A stretch of DNA of 63,116 nt, the filler included, from Craspedostauros australis (Eukaryota), in the NCBI GenBank assembly GCA_030167865.1. It is 10 parts of 10 records of this genome, joined end to end, with 100 filler letters (N's around TTAATTAATTAA, not from the genome) between each part and the next. Parts side by side here need not be neighbours in the genome. Positions count along the whole stretch, not along the records: positions 1 to 19,296 come from JALAGF010000343.1; 9 more parts are not named here. One strand, given 5' to 3'. This document shows positions 1 to 12,039 of this stretch, piece after piece (the first letter of the stretch is position 1; the number at the start of each line of letters is the position of its first letter). The position numbers and the translations under genes were made by a program. Below the pieces are notes generated by a model. The model worked only from the letters and a program-made list of their open reading frames with translations. It was not told the DNA's origin and ran no database searches.

Positions 1-1049
1 ATACAATTCATCACCAGGCGATCGCATGCAGCAAGGGTATTGCATGTCTGTCACAACACCCCTTCTCCATTGTATGTAGTATGGCGAGTCTGGTCTCTCG
101 TCCATGTGGCAACAAAGAGAAAACATGCACAGAATATCTGTGACCAACATTCGAAACAGCTCACTTGTCAAATGCCATGAAGCGAATGCAGCACAAGTTG
201 TTCCATATGTGTAGTAGCTTCAATACCATGGTCAATGCTGACCGATCCAGGTGGTGCCTTACAGGTCCAGCATTCGAAGATAGAACTCTGATTGCAAACA
301 TCTTCAATGCTATCGATATCATGAATCGCATAGATGTCTCGATTACTTGTTTCCAACAAATAGCCAACCTTGAAGCAGGCATCTCACAATGACTGACGTG
401 CTTGTTATTCCAGTCAACGATGTCAATTGTTGGAAGAAGTGTGAATGTAGCAACGAGAAGGAGGCCATTGATGCTCTTTGCCATCAAGTATACTCTACAA
501 TAATCAGTTCAGGTGATTTTATGGTGGACGAACATACGATGGAAGTATGCTTTTGACATGGAGCAGTGCAACCGAGTGCGTGCCTAAGTACGATGTGCAC
601 TATTGTGCCAATCAAACTCAGGACTGCGTTTTCAGAAGTCTAACTTTGTGTCTACTTTGGGTAGACATTGGTCGTCTGTCGTGCATACGTCGGATTTTTG
701 TGCGCACCGAAGTCTGCGGTGCGATTTCCAACAATACCGCAACCTCCTGGATCCATTGTGGTGCCCTTGCTTTCGTGGTTCGTCCTGTTCACGCTCTCGA
801 CGTGTTGTGTTGTGGATCGCCGTGGTGGCGAGATGGGCGAGGAGTTCTCACAAGTACCTGTGTGTACCCGAGGCTGCGAGATACACACGAATACCACACA
901 AGTGGACGACGCGCCCACCTTCGACCTCATTAGTAGCGAACTCACTCGGTCGTCGTTGTGATCATCGCCACCTGCACACACTGCACATAGATCGTCCTTC
1001 CATACTCGTATTACTATACTCTTGCCCAAGCACACATTTTTGCGCAATC

Positions 1050-2992
1050 ATGGCTGGCGTTGTCATGGGAAAGATGTTCTTCATGTCGTGGACGTCGGCA
1101 ATCGCCGCGCTCTTCAACGCTGGCATCCATGCGAAGGGCAACAGCCTTGACAGAGAGGCCACAGAGACCAACGAACCAGCAGGTGCAGCTGCAGAAACAG
1201 AGAAGAGAATTCTGGATCCATCATTCTTTCAGAAGCAGAGCGACTTCATCACACACCTACCAGGATTGGGGTACGATCCAGGATTCAATCAGTACTCTGG
1301 CTACCTCAACGTGGATGAAGATCACGGGCGCCGGATCTTCTACTGGTACGTCGAGAGCCAGAGCAGCCCGGAACATGATCCGTTGGTGCTTTGGACCAAC
1401 GGTGGTCCTGGCTGCAGCGGATTGCTGGGCTTTGGCGCGGAGCATGGACCGTTCCTCTTCACCAAGGACGGCCTGCTGTCTCCGAATCCATTCTCATGGA
1501 ACAAGGTGGCCAACATGCTTTACATCGAACAACCCTCAGGCGTCGGATACTCCTACTCTGATACGCTTGACGACTACGTCACCAACGACGCCAACGCAGC
1601 AGCCGACAACTACGCTCTCATCGGCAAGTTCTTGGAACGGTTTCCGGAACGACGCGCAAACGATTTCTACATCTCCAGTGAGAGCTACGGTGGTCACTAC
1701 ATGCCGCAACTCACCAAAGTTATTCTCGAAAACAACGAAGACGGAATGATCAACTTCAAGGGCATGTTGGTGGGCAATCCCTTCGTGGACTGGTTCACGA
1801 ATGACCTCAGTCGCATCGAGACGTTCTACACGCACGGCTTGCTCTCGTGGCCGCACTACAAAAAGTGGATTCACCACTGTCACTCGGAGAAGAAGTTCTT
1901 CTCAAAGGCGAGTACGAGTATGCTTGGACTCATATCGAATGTGGAGTGGTGCTATTCCGCTGTTCTGCTGTTCCGCAATCGCTTTCCATTTCGTGGGTCT
2001 TTGCTGATAGTCCATGCGTGCTGTGTACTCGAAGAGACTGTCGTTGCATGAGGGAAGCTTCGTGTATGATCCAAGAAACGCATCGCCGTTTACTCACACA
2101 CAATGCTTCCAACCTCCTCGTGCTGCTTTCCGATGAACGCAATTACTCTTCACCCTCTCCTCCATCGTCGTGCCAATACTGTTCGGCTCGATCAAACTCC
2201 CCTCTATTTCGTGCTTCTTGACTGTGTTGATAGAAATGTGCAAAGTATGAAGAAGTGTTATGGCAGGAGATGGGCAACGGGATCAATCCGTACGCCGTCG
2301 ACTATCCCATCTGCGTGGAACAGCCATCGGTCCTTCAGTCCTCTCCCATGGCTTCTGCGACGCTTGGAATGGATGGCTCAATGACCACGGTTGCCATGAA
2401 ACACTCCACCAGCATGATTTCGGCACAGTCCAATAACATGTTTCGGCACTCCGTTCGTGCAAAGAGTCGCCAGCTGTCCGGTGAGGCCAATCCGCCATGG
2501 CTGCCACCTCAAGATGTCTATCATGCGTGCGCGGAGGAGTATACCGTGCTCTACCTCAACCGGCCCGATGTCATGGAGGCGTTGCACGTCAAGGCAGGTG
2601 GTGAAATCAAGTGGAAGCCATGCAGCGACAATGTGGAGTACGACTTCGACTCCTTTGCGGAGTCTCAGATTGATCTGTACGAGGATTTGATGGAGATGCT
2701 GGAGGAGCACCCCATCGACATCATGGTGTTCTCAGGCGATGATGATGCCATCTGCTCCACCGCTGGAACCCAGAAGTGGATCTGGGACATCGGAGTGGAT
2801 CCCAAGCCTTCCAAGATGTGGCAGCCATGGATCGTGCAGAACCAAACCGCTGGTTACGTCACGGTCTTCGACGTCGACGGGCCTGGTTCGTTCACCTTTG
2901 TCACGGTGCACGGAGCCGGTCATGAAGTTCCCTGGTACAGGCCAATGGAAGCACTTGAGATGCTCCAACGATACTTGAAAGGTGCTTGGTGA
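1050..2992 (+). CDS. Serine carboxypeptidase (peptidase S10), 2 exons: 1050-1907, 2234-2992
   Basis: Motifs QYSGYLNV, LWTNGGPGCS, WNKVANMLYIEQPSGVGYSY, SESYGGHY (catalytic Ser), SGDDDAIC (Asp), TVHGAGHEVP (His). Two ORFs join in frame through an intron AAG|GCGAGT...TAG|AAA. Confidence 0.92.
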
Positions 2993-3160
2993 AGAATGGC
3001 TCTTGGATATCACCGTGGTAGAGCACGACGGAAAACACAACCTCGTTTGGAAGCTTCACGACTATCTTCTCAATATCTGCCACATCTTGTGAGTCAAAAT
3101 GAAAGTTAGTATTGCACACTGTTATGTGTTCTGCAAAACAGTAGAATACTCAACTTTACG

Positions 3161-4198
3161 TTACCGCGACCCCTTCTTCAATGGACACGCGAGCTTGCTC
3201 CCGTCTTTGGGTGGGAACTGCGGCTTGCCTCGTGCCGCACATCGATGGCATTTTCGTCCATGTGCGATCAGCAGACAGTGGAGATCTAGCTTCACGTGCG
3301 CTGGGATGCGCTCGTTCAGGTACTCGTACGCGGTTTCGCGAGTGTTCATGTTCGATGGCAACCATCCCATCTGCTTTGTTATCCTCAACACGTGCGTGTC
3401 GACAGGGAATTCCGATCGCCCCAACGTAAAGAGCAAAACGCAGGAGATGGTCTTCGGGCCAAGTCCCTTGAATCTGGACAGCTTCTTCTTCACTTCATCG
3501 TCCGGCATGTCCCGCAAATACTCAAAGCTAGCTTCACCGCGCTCCTTCTGCAGGGTCTGGCACATATCCCAAATGCGTTGCGCTCTGGTCTTGGCAAGTC
3601 CTGCGACCTTGATTGGTTCTTCCAGGTCTACCGGCGATGGCAGCGCCACCACCATCTTCCAGTCGGGATACGTTTTCTTGAGGTTCGCGAAGGCTCGGAT
3701 TGTGTTGGCTGCTGTTGTGTTTTGCGACAGCATGGTGGAGACAACGCCATCCAGCAGGGTATCTTGCTTGCCGCAAGAACCGCTGATCTCCTTGCGCCGT
3801 TGGTCGTTCTCCTCCATCACCTCTGGATGTAGTTTCGCCAGCGCTGCTGTGACCAATTCGCATTCTTTGGCCGATGGATAGTCATTCTTCTCCCCTCCGG
3901 ATTTCACATTCGTTGGTTGGCTGACGAGGGCTGATGATTTTGCGGAATCTGGTTCCACCTTCACGCGCTTAGCACTGCTGACGCTTGATGAAGACACTGT
4001 CTCAGGATGCATCGAGTTGGCATTGTCAGGAAGCGTTGCAATGCTGCTGCTGCCACTGCGCTTCGTGCCTCCACTCTTCTTTTCACTCGTGCATGGAAGC
4101 CCCATGGATGTGGATGAAACGCCATCTGGAATCGCAGCATCGTTGTCAATGCGACCGCGCGCGACGACGCACTGTCTCTTCGACCTTCGCAATCCCAT
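3161..4198 (-). CDS. HhH-GPD superfamily DNA glycosylase/AP lyase (endonuclease III-like)
   Basis: LSQNTT, AGLAKTRA, HhH motif FKGLGPKT, FPVDTHVLRI with catalytic Asp, C-terminal HGRKCHRC...CPL; basic NLS-like N-terminus. Confidence 0.9.
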   Translation of the reverse strand: MGLRRSKRQCVVARGRIDNDAAIPDGVSSTSMGLPCTSEKKSGGTKRSGSSSIATLPDNANSMHPETVSSSSVSSAKRVKVEPDSAKSSALVSQPTNVKSGGEKNDYPSAKECELVTAALAKLHPEVMEENDQRRKEISGSCGKQDTLLDGVVSTMLSQNTTAANTIRAFANLKKTYPDWKMVVALPSPVDLEEPIKVAGLAKTRAQRIWDMCQTLQKERGEASFEYLRDMPDDEVKKKLSRFKGLGPKTISCVLLFTLGRSEFPVDTHVLRITKQMGWLPSNMNTRETAYEYLNERIPAHVKLDLHCLLIAHGRKCHRCAARGKPQFPPKDGSKLACPLKKGSR

Positions 4199-4748
4199 CC
4201 TGTCGCTTCTATCGATGTCGTCGTTGTCCTCGTTATCCTCGTTGCTGATGCTGTTGTTGTGGCTGACAAGAGAATGTGGTGCCAGCGTCTACCACACGAT
4301 TCTGTGAGTTTGCGTTTGGCTGTCAAATGTTTCTTCGACGAACACTCACATCAATGCGCACGCACACAAAAACAGTCAGCAACAAAGAAGAAATGCCGCG
4401 AAGCCGCGTTCGGCGATGCTGTCCGACGAATCGAATCAAACAACATCATAACGGTTTTTAACGGTCAATTTCTTTGTCAGCCAGTTGGTCGCTTATCTGC
4501 GTTGACGCAATTCCGCAAGGCAATCTGAAATGGATGCTGGAACAAGCAATAGCTTCGATTTGATTGTCGCCAAATGTATTAGAGGACTCCAATGTACTAT
4601 GCTTTCAATGTTACGGATCCTCCCATTGTGCCTGCGCTGTATGGTATGGTAAATGCTGTTGAATCTGAGTTCCGTTGCGTTTGATTTGTCGGAATCGTAC
4701 GAATACCACCAAAGGTCGCACGTGACCAATCCGGTGCCAGGTGGCTGC

Positions 4749-7684
4749 TCACTTGAAGACTCCCTTCGTTCTGACCTCGTCGAACTCCTTATCGAACTGG
4801 TCGACCACGACGCGACGCTGGAGCTTGTTGGCCGCAGTAAGGCATCCGTTCTCTGGAGTCCATGGCGTGGCCAACAGCGACACGGCGATGAGCTTCTCAA
4901 GATGGCTGAGGTCGCTCTTGGCGTGCTGCTCCTTCATGGACGCCATGACTGCCTCGTAAACCGCCTTGTCGGTGAGGAGCTTGTCGAAGTCGCCCTCAAT
5001 GTTGTGCTTCTTGGCCCACTTCTTGGTGTAGGCTTCGCTGAGCTGCATGAGAGCGACTGGGCGGTCCATCTCTCCGTCTCCGTAACAGCAGATACCTCCG
5101 GTCACGGCATCCACGAAGTCGGAGTTTCCGTACACCATCTCCATCTTCTCGACGGCGATGTACTCGCCACCCTTCAACTTGACAAGGTTCTTCTTGCGGT
5201 CCACGATGCTGATGCTTCCATCTGACATGAATTGACCGATGTCTCCGGTGTGGAACCATCCGCCTTCCTTGTACTCTTCCTTGGTCTTGTCGGGCATCAT
5301 GTAGTATCCGCATGTGATGTGGTTACCGCGGACGCAGATCTCACCTCTTCCGAACACGTCGTTACCTTCGACGTCCTTGCGGTCCGTGGAAAGGTATGGC
5401 AAACCTGCCTTGTCGCGGACATCTGGCGTGGACACGAGCTTGACCTCGGAAGATGGGATGGGGACACCCTGGATTCCTGGTCTCAGATCGTCAAGGGCTT
5501 GGATGGTAAGACCTGCGCATGTCTCGGTGAGTCCGTATCCTTGAATGAGTGGGAAACCGAACGCGACGCGGATGAACTCCTGAACTTCTCCGTTGAGCGG
5601 GCCACCACCAGAAAGGGCCCACTTCATGTTGCCGCCGACGGCCTTCTTGAACTTCTTGAAGACGATGGCATTGAAGAAGGGGGTATCGAATCCGTTTCTG
5701 ACAGCGAAGGTACGCCATTGGAGGGCGGTGTGAACGAGGACTTGTGCGACTGGTGATGAGAGGGCAACCTTGGCCAGGAGTCCCTTCTTGATGGTGTCCC
5801 AGATCTTTGGCACTGCTGCCATGTGCGTTGGGCCATAATGCTCGAGCGCGCCGATTGGGTATGCGCCGGTGGTGGTGAGACTCTTTGGATCAGCGTAACA
5901 GAGCATGCAACCGGACGAAAGCGTGCTGAATTCAACCATGAGCTCCATAATGTGTGCCAAACTGGTATGTTGTCAAAATGGCAGTCGTAGTAGTAGTAGT
6001 AGTAGTAGTCGTGTTGGCAAAGTGCGTTTAGAATGCAATAATCATGGGTAGAAAAGTTGGGAGATGACAAAAGCGCGGTGTGAGATTGATGAAATGAAAA
6101 CATGGGTTGAAGGCCACGCGTATGGCATACATGGATATGAACGAGACCATCCATGACACTTACGGCAAGTACGCCATGTATCTGTCTCCGTCGGTCAAGT
6201 CAACGAGGATGTCAGCAGAAGCGATCGCGGCGACGATACTCTCGTGGGTGATGACAACGCCCTTGGGCTTTCCGGTACTTCCAGATGTGTACATGATGAC
6301 GGCGGTGGTCTGCGGCTTGGGTGGGACAGGTGGGAAGGCCTTGACATCTCCGGACGCGACGAAGTCGTCGAAGCTGATGATGGTGACTCCCTTTGGTGCG
6401 GCCGGCAGCTTGATGTCGTCTTTGGCTGGGACGAGGTCGTTGGTGTAGACGATGGTCTTGAGAGACTTCATCTTGCCGATCTTGTCGACGAGTTTGTCGA
6501 CGTTGGCCTTGTTACATACGATGACGGGGATGATGTTGTCGTTGATGGCTTCGACCACGGCGTCGATTCCCAAGGTGGCGTAAACGGTGGTGGCGCACAC
6601 GGACTGCGTGAAGGCACCGAGGGCGGCGATGAGCCATTCTGGGCAGGTGTTTTCGAAGATGGCGATGCGGCTTGGCTCTTTGATCTTGTCGAGGTTGGTT
6701 GTGTCCTTGGCGGCCACGCAGCCGGCGGCACGAAGGGCAGCACCGAATTTGTGCGCCTTCTCACCGACCTCACCGTAGGTCGTGGTGACCAGGTCCATTT
6801 CGAATTCCTTGACCTTGGGCGACTTCCATCCGATGAACTTGCGCGTCGATGTGCATGTTCGGTCCGCAAACTTCTTGAAAGCATTGGTCGAGATCTCGTA
6901 CAGAGTGGTGGTTCCTCCGCGTCCCAGCCTGGCGAGGTTGCCCTTGTATCCGTTGGCGACACGGTGGCTCTCATCGTCACCGACGGCCACAGAGCGAAGC
7001 TCTTCTCCCTTGAGGGCCTTGGCGACGGCGTTCACCCATCCGAAGGTGACCAAGGTGATCTGTTCGTCGTCCAAGCGTGTTTTGTATGGATTGTTTTGCA
7101 TAGATTGTTTTGCATAGATTGTTTTGCATAGATTGCCGTGCATGCGTTGTTTCAGATTGAGATTGGATGCAAGTTGCGTTTCGCAGCAATGTTCGGAGCG
7201 AATGTGGGAAAGTTTGGAAGCATTCGACATGCGTGTTGCATTTCAATTGCATTTGATTTGACGAGTATTACAACGTTTGTTGATTGCGCACAGGAGTTGG
7301 CGTTCAACGGTTCGTGGTGACGTGGGTTTGTCGAAGATCGTTGGCGGGAGCGAGGGAACGTTGGGCGGGGCAGTAATCATTCGTCATCGATGCGTCCGTG
7401 CATGAGGTGTGCAACGAGTGGTGATTCGCAGTCATGGTGGAAAGAGGGAGAGAGCAATGTGCAGGTGAGACACATGCGTTGCTCATAGTTGCATTGCATG
7501 CCGTCGTGATGTTGGGTCAGATCATGCTGCGAGGCAAGCGCGTTCTCATCGTCTTGCTTTGTTGTGCTTCGCGCGTGCACAGAGACGATCATGGGACGAT
7601 CAAGGACAGGAGAAGATCCAACGAACGTACCGCGAAGTCAATCGCGACCAAGAGGACCTGCAGCGGAAGGAAGACGATGCTCAT
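4749..7684 (-). CDS. LACS: Long-chain acyl-CoA synthetase, 3 exons: 7684-7631, 7059-6164, 5961-4749
   Basis: AMP-binding motif IMYTSGSTGKPKGV, YLP|LAHIMEL across a GTAAGT...CAG intron (5962-6163), QGYGLTET, GWFHTGDIG, DRKKNLVKLKGGEYIA. A short hydrophobic first exon MSIVFLPLQVLLVAIDFA splices GTACGT...CAG (7060-7630) in frame to ITLVTFGW. Confidence 0.93.
7089..7135. repeat. Tandem 14-bp repeat (GATTGTTTTGCATA) x3 plus a partial copy in LACS intron 1
   Basis: Read directly from the sequence, close to the intron acceptor. Confidence 0.9.
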
Positions 7685-8559
7685 GGTGCTGTGTCTCTCT
7701 TTCTGTCTTTGTCTCTGCGTGTATTCTTGCTTGTTGCTCTGGTATTGTCGTTGTGGCTGCCAATACGACCGTCTTTGCTCTCTCTGTTGCTGCAAAGTTC
7801 TCTTCTTCCTTTTGGATTTTATGGCGTCGTGGTAGCGCCCCGTGACGGATCTCACGAACCGCAGCTTTTCCACGTTGACCGGTTCATTAGATTCAGTGTT
7901 GTTGTTGGTCGTGTGTGCCGTTTGGTGTTGTCGTTTCGATGTCGGAGGTTGTTTCTGCTTTCGTCACGACGACCATCATCGTTGTTCTCCATTTCCGCCC
8001 CCTCTTCGCGCAATCTCTTCGCGCGATCTTTCGTGTCGATGACGAGACATGTCATCAAGAATTTTCGTCATGTGTTGTTGATGATGAGGAAGATCGGGTC
8101 CGCAGTCACACTACCACGACTCATTCGAGCACACGAAGATATGGAGTAGTCCCATGAGTCCAAGATCATGAAGGTCGAACCTTCGTTCGTCAAACGAAAC
8201 ACAAAGAGCAATCGGCAAAAATGAAATCGTGGTGGGTCTGCAGCACAGCCACGACGCGGAGAGGAGACGGATGGCGCGCCAAGGCAGGGAGAGACGGACG
8301 ACCAAGATGCCTCTCTTCCATCCTTACACTCCTTGACGAGCAGCTCGCAGACGTCTTGCCCCCTCTTGGTTGGCGGTTGAGTGTCCACCGCGAGCCACAC
8401 ACTTGCGAAACAGAGCACGCGCAGATCTATTGTATTATATAATAGCTCAGATCTGCCTCCGCAACGAGAGGAACACGACCGATCGCAGCAACACCTCCAA
8501 TACCAACAGTCGCAACAGTCGCAACAGTCGCAGGAATAGCAACAAGGCGAGCAACGACC

Positions 8560-11500
8560 ATGCCGACAGATCCACGCAAGAAGGCAGCCGCTGCTCGGCA
8601 GCAGTTGCAGCAGCAGATTCCCAGGCATGCGAGCACCAATGTCGCCGTCAAGCAGGAAGCGCACGTTCCGCCACCACCGCCCGCTGCGGCCATCAAATCG
8701 GATCCCGGCCTCCAAGATCAGCAGCAGCGGACGCCGATCCTGTTTGCAGGCCAAGATGCGATGGAAGAAGATGAGGATGTGGACATGCCGTTGCAGCCGA
8801 TGGCATCCGCGGCCACCGCAATGAAGGATGAGTACCAGCAGCAAGCGCCATTGGCAGCAGCTTCAGCGGTCGGAGATGCTGCCTCGTCTGCGCAAGCTTC
8901 GGCGTACGACCACATACCCGCCGCACCACCAGCTGCCGGCATCCATGGAAACGGCATCATCAATGCCCATGCAAACGCCCATGCAAACGCCGCAGGACGC
9001 AGCACCGACCTCATCCCCAACATCATCACTCCCTCCCCATTCCCGCATCACGAGACAGGCCCGACATCCTCCCGCTTCCGCAATGCCATGAGCCGCATCC
9101 AGGACAGCCCCCTCACGGACGTCGAAGCCTGGCAAGCGCTCATGTCGGAGGTCAACGCCTGCTACCGCACCGTCAAATCATCCATGGAATTGCACTCGCA
9201 GTCGGTCGAGACGCACCAGAAGTTGGATTGGATGGAGAGCTGCTACGGAACCCTCTTCCGTTACTTCCCTTACGCATCGCATTACTATGTCACCATCGCG
9301 GAGATGCTGCTGGCACAGAGCGCGCGCGTGGGGGAAGAGGACGGCCCGGTCAGCGATTACGGATTCGGCGTCTCGCAACGATCGTTGCTGTGTCAGGCCA
9401 AGCTCGAGCGGCTCTTTCAAAAGGTGCTCGGCGTTCACATGGATGGATCACCGGCTGCCGAGTCACCGCCACTGGCGTACAATGACAAAGTCACGATTGT
9501 CGCGACCTCCAACTCCATTCCAGCAGGGGCCGCTGCGACTGCAACCAATGGTGAAAATCAACAACAGCAGCAACAGCAACAACAACAACAGCAGGACGAG
9601 GAGGAACAGGAAGCACAGACCAATGAGAATGCGATGATTGGCGGGATGTGCACTTCGTCTGCAGAACTGTGGTTGCTCTTCGTTAAAACGAGAATGCGCG
9701 AGGCACAGCGACAGGCAAGGAACATGAACCCCACCGATGGCACCGAATTCGTCCGCAAATGGGCCATGGCCGCGTACGAAACCGCGGTCACGCATGCTGC
9801 GTTCGGCGTCAACAACAACCTCGTGTGGAAGGCCTACGTGGCGTACGTCCGGACCTGGGTGGTGCCACCGCCACCCGCAATGCCCGGAGGTCCACCGCCA
9901 CCACCGATCGACAGAGCCCTGCAGCAACGGCAGGAGACGCAGCTGCGCGCCATCTATCAACGTCTCGTCACGCATCCCATGACCGGCCTCGATGCCATCT
10001 GGCAGGAGTACGAAATGTTCGAACGCAAGCTCAGCGAGCAGCTGGCGCAGGCGTTGATCGGGGAATTCACACCCAAGTACCAGCACGCGCGCAGCGTCTA
10101 CCTCGAACGCGATCGATTGTATCCCAAGCAAAGCCTGCAGATGGACCGCTTGGCCACGACGCCCGCCAACGCCGACGAGGAGGACTACTCCTCCAAGCTG
10201 CAGGAGGAGCACAAATTCTTCAAGGTGTGGAAGACCAGAGTGGCCTACGAACGCACGAATCCAGAACGCTTGACGAACACCAAGGAAGCTGCCAGACGCA
10301 TCCGGCAAGTCTACAAGGAGATGGCCTGCGTGCTCACAAGGCACGCCGAGGTCTGGCACATGTGGGCCATGTGGGAGCTGCATTCGAGCAAGGGGGAAGG
10401 CAAGGAGATCGAGCGCGCCCAGCGGGCCCTCAAGGTCCTTGACTTGGCGCTGGAGCAGATACCGGACAGCGTGCTGCTGGGGTACACGCAGGCACAGATT
10501 GTGGAATCCTTCACGGGACGCGCTGCAGATTCCGTCCACGTCATGCAGTACTTTGTCAATCGCATCCCGAACACCCTGGGGTATGTCCTGTACCAGCAGC
10601 TGATGCGGCGTCACAAGGGCATCAAAGAGGCAAGGGCGGTGTTTGCCAAAGCCCGACGCGTGTTGGTGCACAAGGAACCGGCAGAGCCATCGGCTAGCAC
10701 CGCAGAAGCGGGCGCATCAGCGACAGAGGGTGGACAAAAAGATCAGTCCGAAACTGCGGATGGCAGCAGCTCCGAACTGGACAAGGCACGGCGCATGGTC
10801 ACCAATCGGCTAGATCCTGCAGTTGGAACAGCAGCGAGCACACCGCTCGAGTCCGCCGTCGGCAGCACCATGGATGCAGCGAGCCCGGCAGCAAAAGTCA
10901 AGCCGGGACGCATCACGTGGCAACTATACGCATCTCACGCAACGATCGAACATCGCCTCAACCGCGAACCGGAAATCGCGGCGCGGGTGTATGAGCTAGG
11001 TTTGCGCAAGCACGCCTCGTTCCTCACCAAACCAGCCTACGTCATGAAATATGCCCAGCTGCTGTTGGAACTGCACGACTCAGTCAATCTCCGCGCGCTG
11101 CTCACCCGGGCGGTGTCCGCATGCAGCAACCGAGCCAAGTCGTCCTCGTCTGATGTCGCTGCCTTTTGGGACATGACCTTGCGATTCGAATCTTTGTTGA
11201 GCGGCGCAGATCCCACGAATATGGCATCCTTCCACACCATCGAACGCAGACGCCGCGAAGCGTTGATGGGTCCCGATATCGAGGACGTCGCCACCGGTGG
11301 TCTCGTGGGTGCATCCGATGCGCCTGTGATCGGTTCGCAACGCACGACCCTGGCGGAGCATCTGGTGCGTGCGGATGGCTACGACGTCAATTCCAACATC
11401 GTCAGCGGAATGAGCCGTCTGGTGGACGTCCTCGGCGTGATGGGACTTTGGGGTGACACGGGAGGTATCGGCGGCGGTGGCTCCGCGACGGCCAGCTCCA

Positions 11501-12039
11501 CCCTGCGACGCCAGCTGGGGATGGTGATGGACATCGAACCGGATGATGAATTCCCCGGCGGCAAGAGCGACGCGGCATACCAGAGACGATACCAATACTC
11601 GAACCTCATGGCGGCAGGCATCTCCCACGCCGCAGCGTTCGAAGACCCGAACGCTGCCAGCGCTTCCGGTGCAACCAGCAACAGCCGGTTGGTTGCCCGA
11701 TCACAGCAAAACACCGCCATGGCCATGGCCATCCAGCAGATGCCGGATTGGCTGCGCCCCTTGCTCTCCCTGCTGCCAGCGTCTCGCTCCCGCTCCGCTG
11801 TCGTCGGCAAACCGCCCGGGCACATGATCGAGAGAGCCCTCGGCTCGTTGCGACGAAACAACCTCCCGTCCGAACGTCCCATCCCCAAGACGAAAAAGTC
11901 TCAAACCGTCGGTAACAAACATCGGCTGGATCAAGGTGGGGATTCTTCCGACGATGACGACGATGCGGGCAATCGCAACACTGGGTACAGCTCTCAATTC
12001 CGCGCCAGGCAACATGCCAGGCAGCAAACCATGATGTGA
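8560..12039 (+). CDS. CSTF3: Cleavage stimulation factor 77 kDa subunit / RNA14-like (HAT repeats, Suf domain)
   Basis: 1159-aa ORF with HAT-like segments: IYQRLVTHPMTGLDAIWQEYEMFERKL, WKTRVAYERTNP, RRHKGIKEARAVFAKAR, IAARVYELGLRKH; polyQ and low-complexity inserts. Confidence 0.85.
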   Translation: MPTDPRKKAAAARQQLQQQIPRHASTNVAVKQEAHVPPPPPAAAIKSDPGLQDQQQRTPILFAGQDAMEEDEDVDMPLQPMASAATAMKDEYQQQAPLAAASAVGDAASSAQASAYDHIPAAPPAAGIHGNGIINAHANAHANAAGRSTDLIPNIITPSPFPHHETGPTSSRFRNAMSRIQDSPLTDVEAWQALMSEVNACYRTVKSSMELHSQSVETHQKLDWMESCYGTLFRYFPYASHYYVTIAEMLLAQSARVGEEDGPVSDYGFGVSQRSLLCQAKLERLFQKVLGVHMDGSPAAESPPLAYNDKVTIVATSNSIPAGAAATATNGENQQQQQQQQQQQQDEEEQEAQTNENAMIGGMCTSSAELWLLFVKTRMREAQRQARNMNPTDGTEFVRKWAMAAYETAVTHAAFGVNNNLVWKAYVAYVRTWVVPPPPAMPGGPPPPPIDRALQQRQETQLRAIYQRLVTHPMTGLDAIWQEYEMFERKLSEQLAQALIGEFTPKYQHARSVYLERDRLYPKQSLQMDRLATTPANADEEDYSSKLQEEHKFFKVWKTRVAYERTNPERLTNTKEAARRIRQVYKEMACVLTRHAEVWHMWAMWELHSSKGEGKEIERAQRALKVLDLALEQIPDSVLLGYTQAQIVESFTGRAADSVHVMQYFVNRIPNTLGYVLYQQLMRRHKGIKEARAVFAKARRVLVHKEPAEPSASTAEAGASATEGGQKDQSETADGSSSELDKARRMVTNRLDPAVGTAASTPLESAVGSTMDAASPAAKVKPGRITWQLYASHATIEHRLNREPEIAARVYELGLRKHASFLTKPAYVMKYAQLLLELHDSVNLRALLTRAVSACSNRAKSSSSDVAAFWDMTLRFESLLSGADPTNMASFHTIERRRREALMGPDIEDVATGGLVGASDAPVIGSQRTTLAEHLVRADGYDVNSNIVSGMSRLVDVLGVMGLWGDTGGIGGGGSATASSTLRRQLGMVMDIEPDDEFPGGKSDAAYQRRYQYSNLMAAGISHAAAFEDPNAASASGATSNSRLVARSQQNTAMAMAIQQMPDWLRPLLSLLPASRSRSAVVGKPPGHMIERALGSLRRNNLPSERPIPKTKKSQTVGNKHRLDQGGDSSDDDDDAGNRNTGYSSQFRARQHARQQTMM

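Noticed and set aside
1..487. Short ORFs at the window start
   Set aside because: No recognisable domain, and the upstream context lies outside the window.
603..1049. N-terminal extension of the 482-aa ORF
   Set aside because: Non-ATG start and non-coding character; the plausible start is ATG 1050.
9463..10671. Long antisense ORFs (also 6244-7131, 22852-23712, 39309-40292)
   Set aside because: Shadow ORFs opposite GC3-rich genuine genes.
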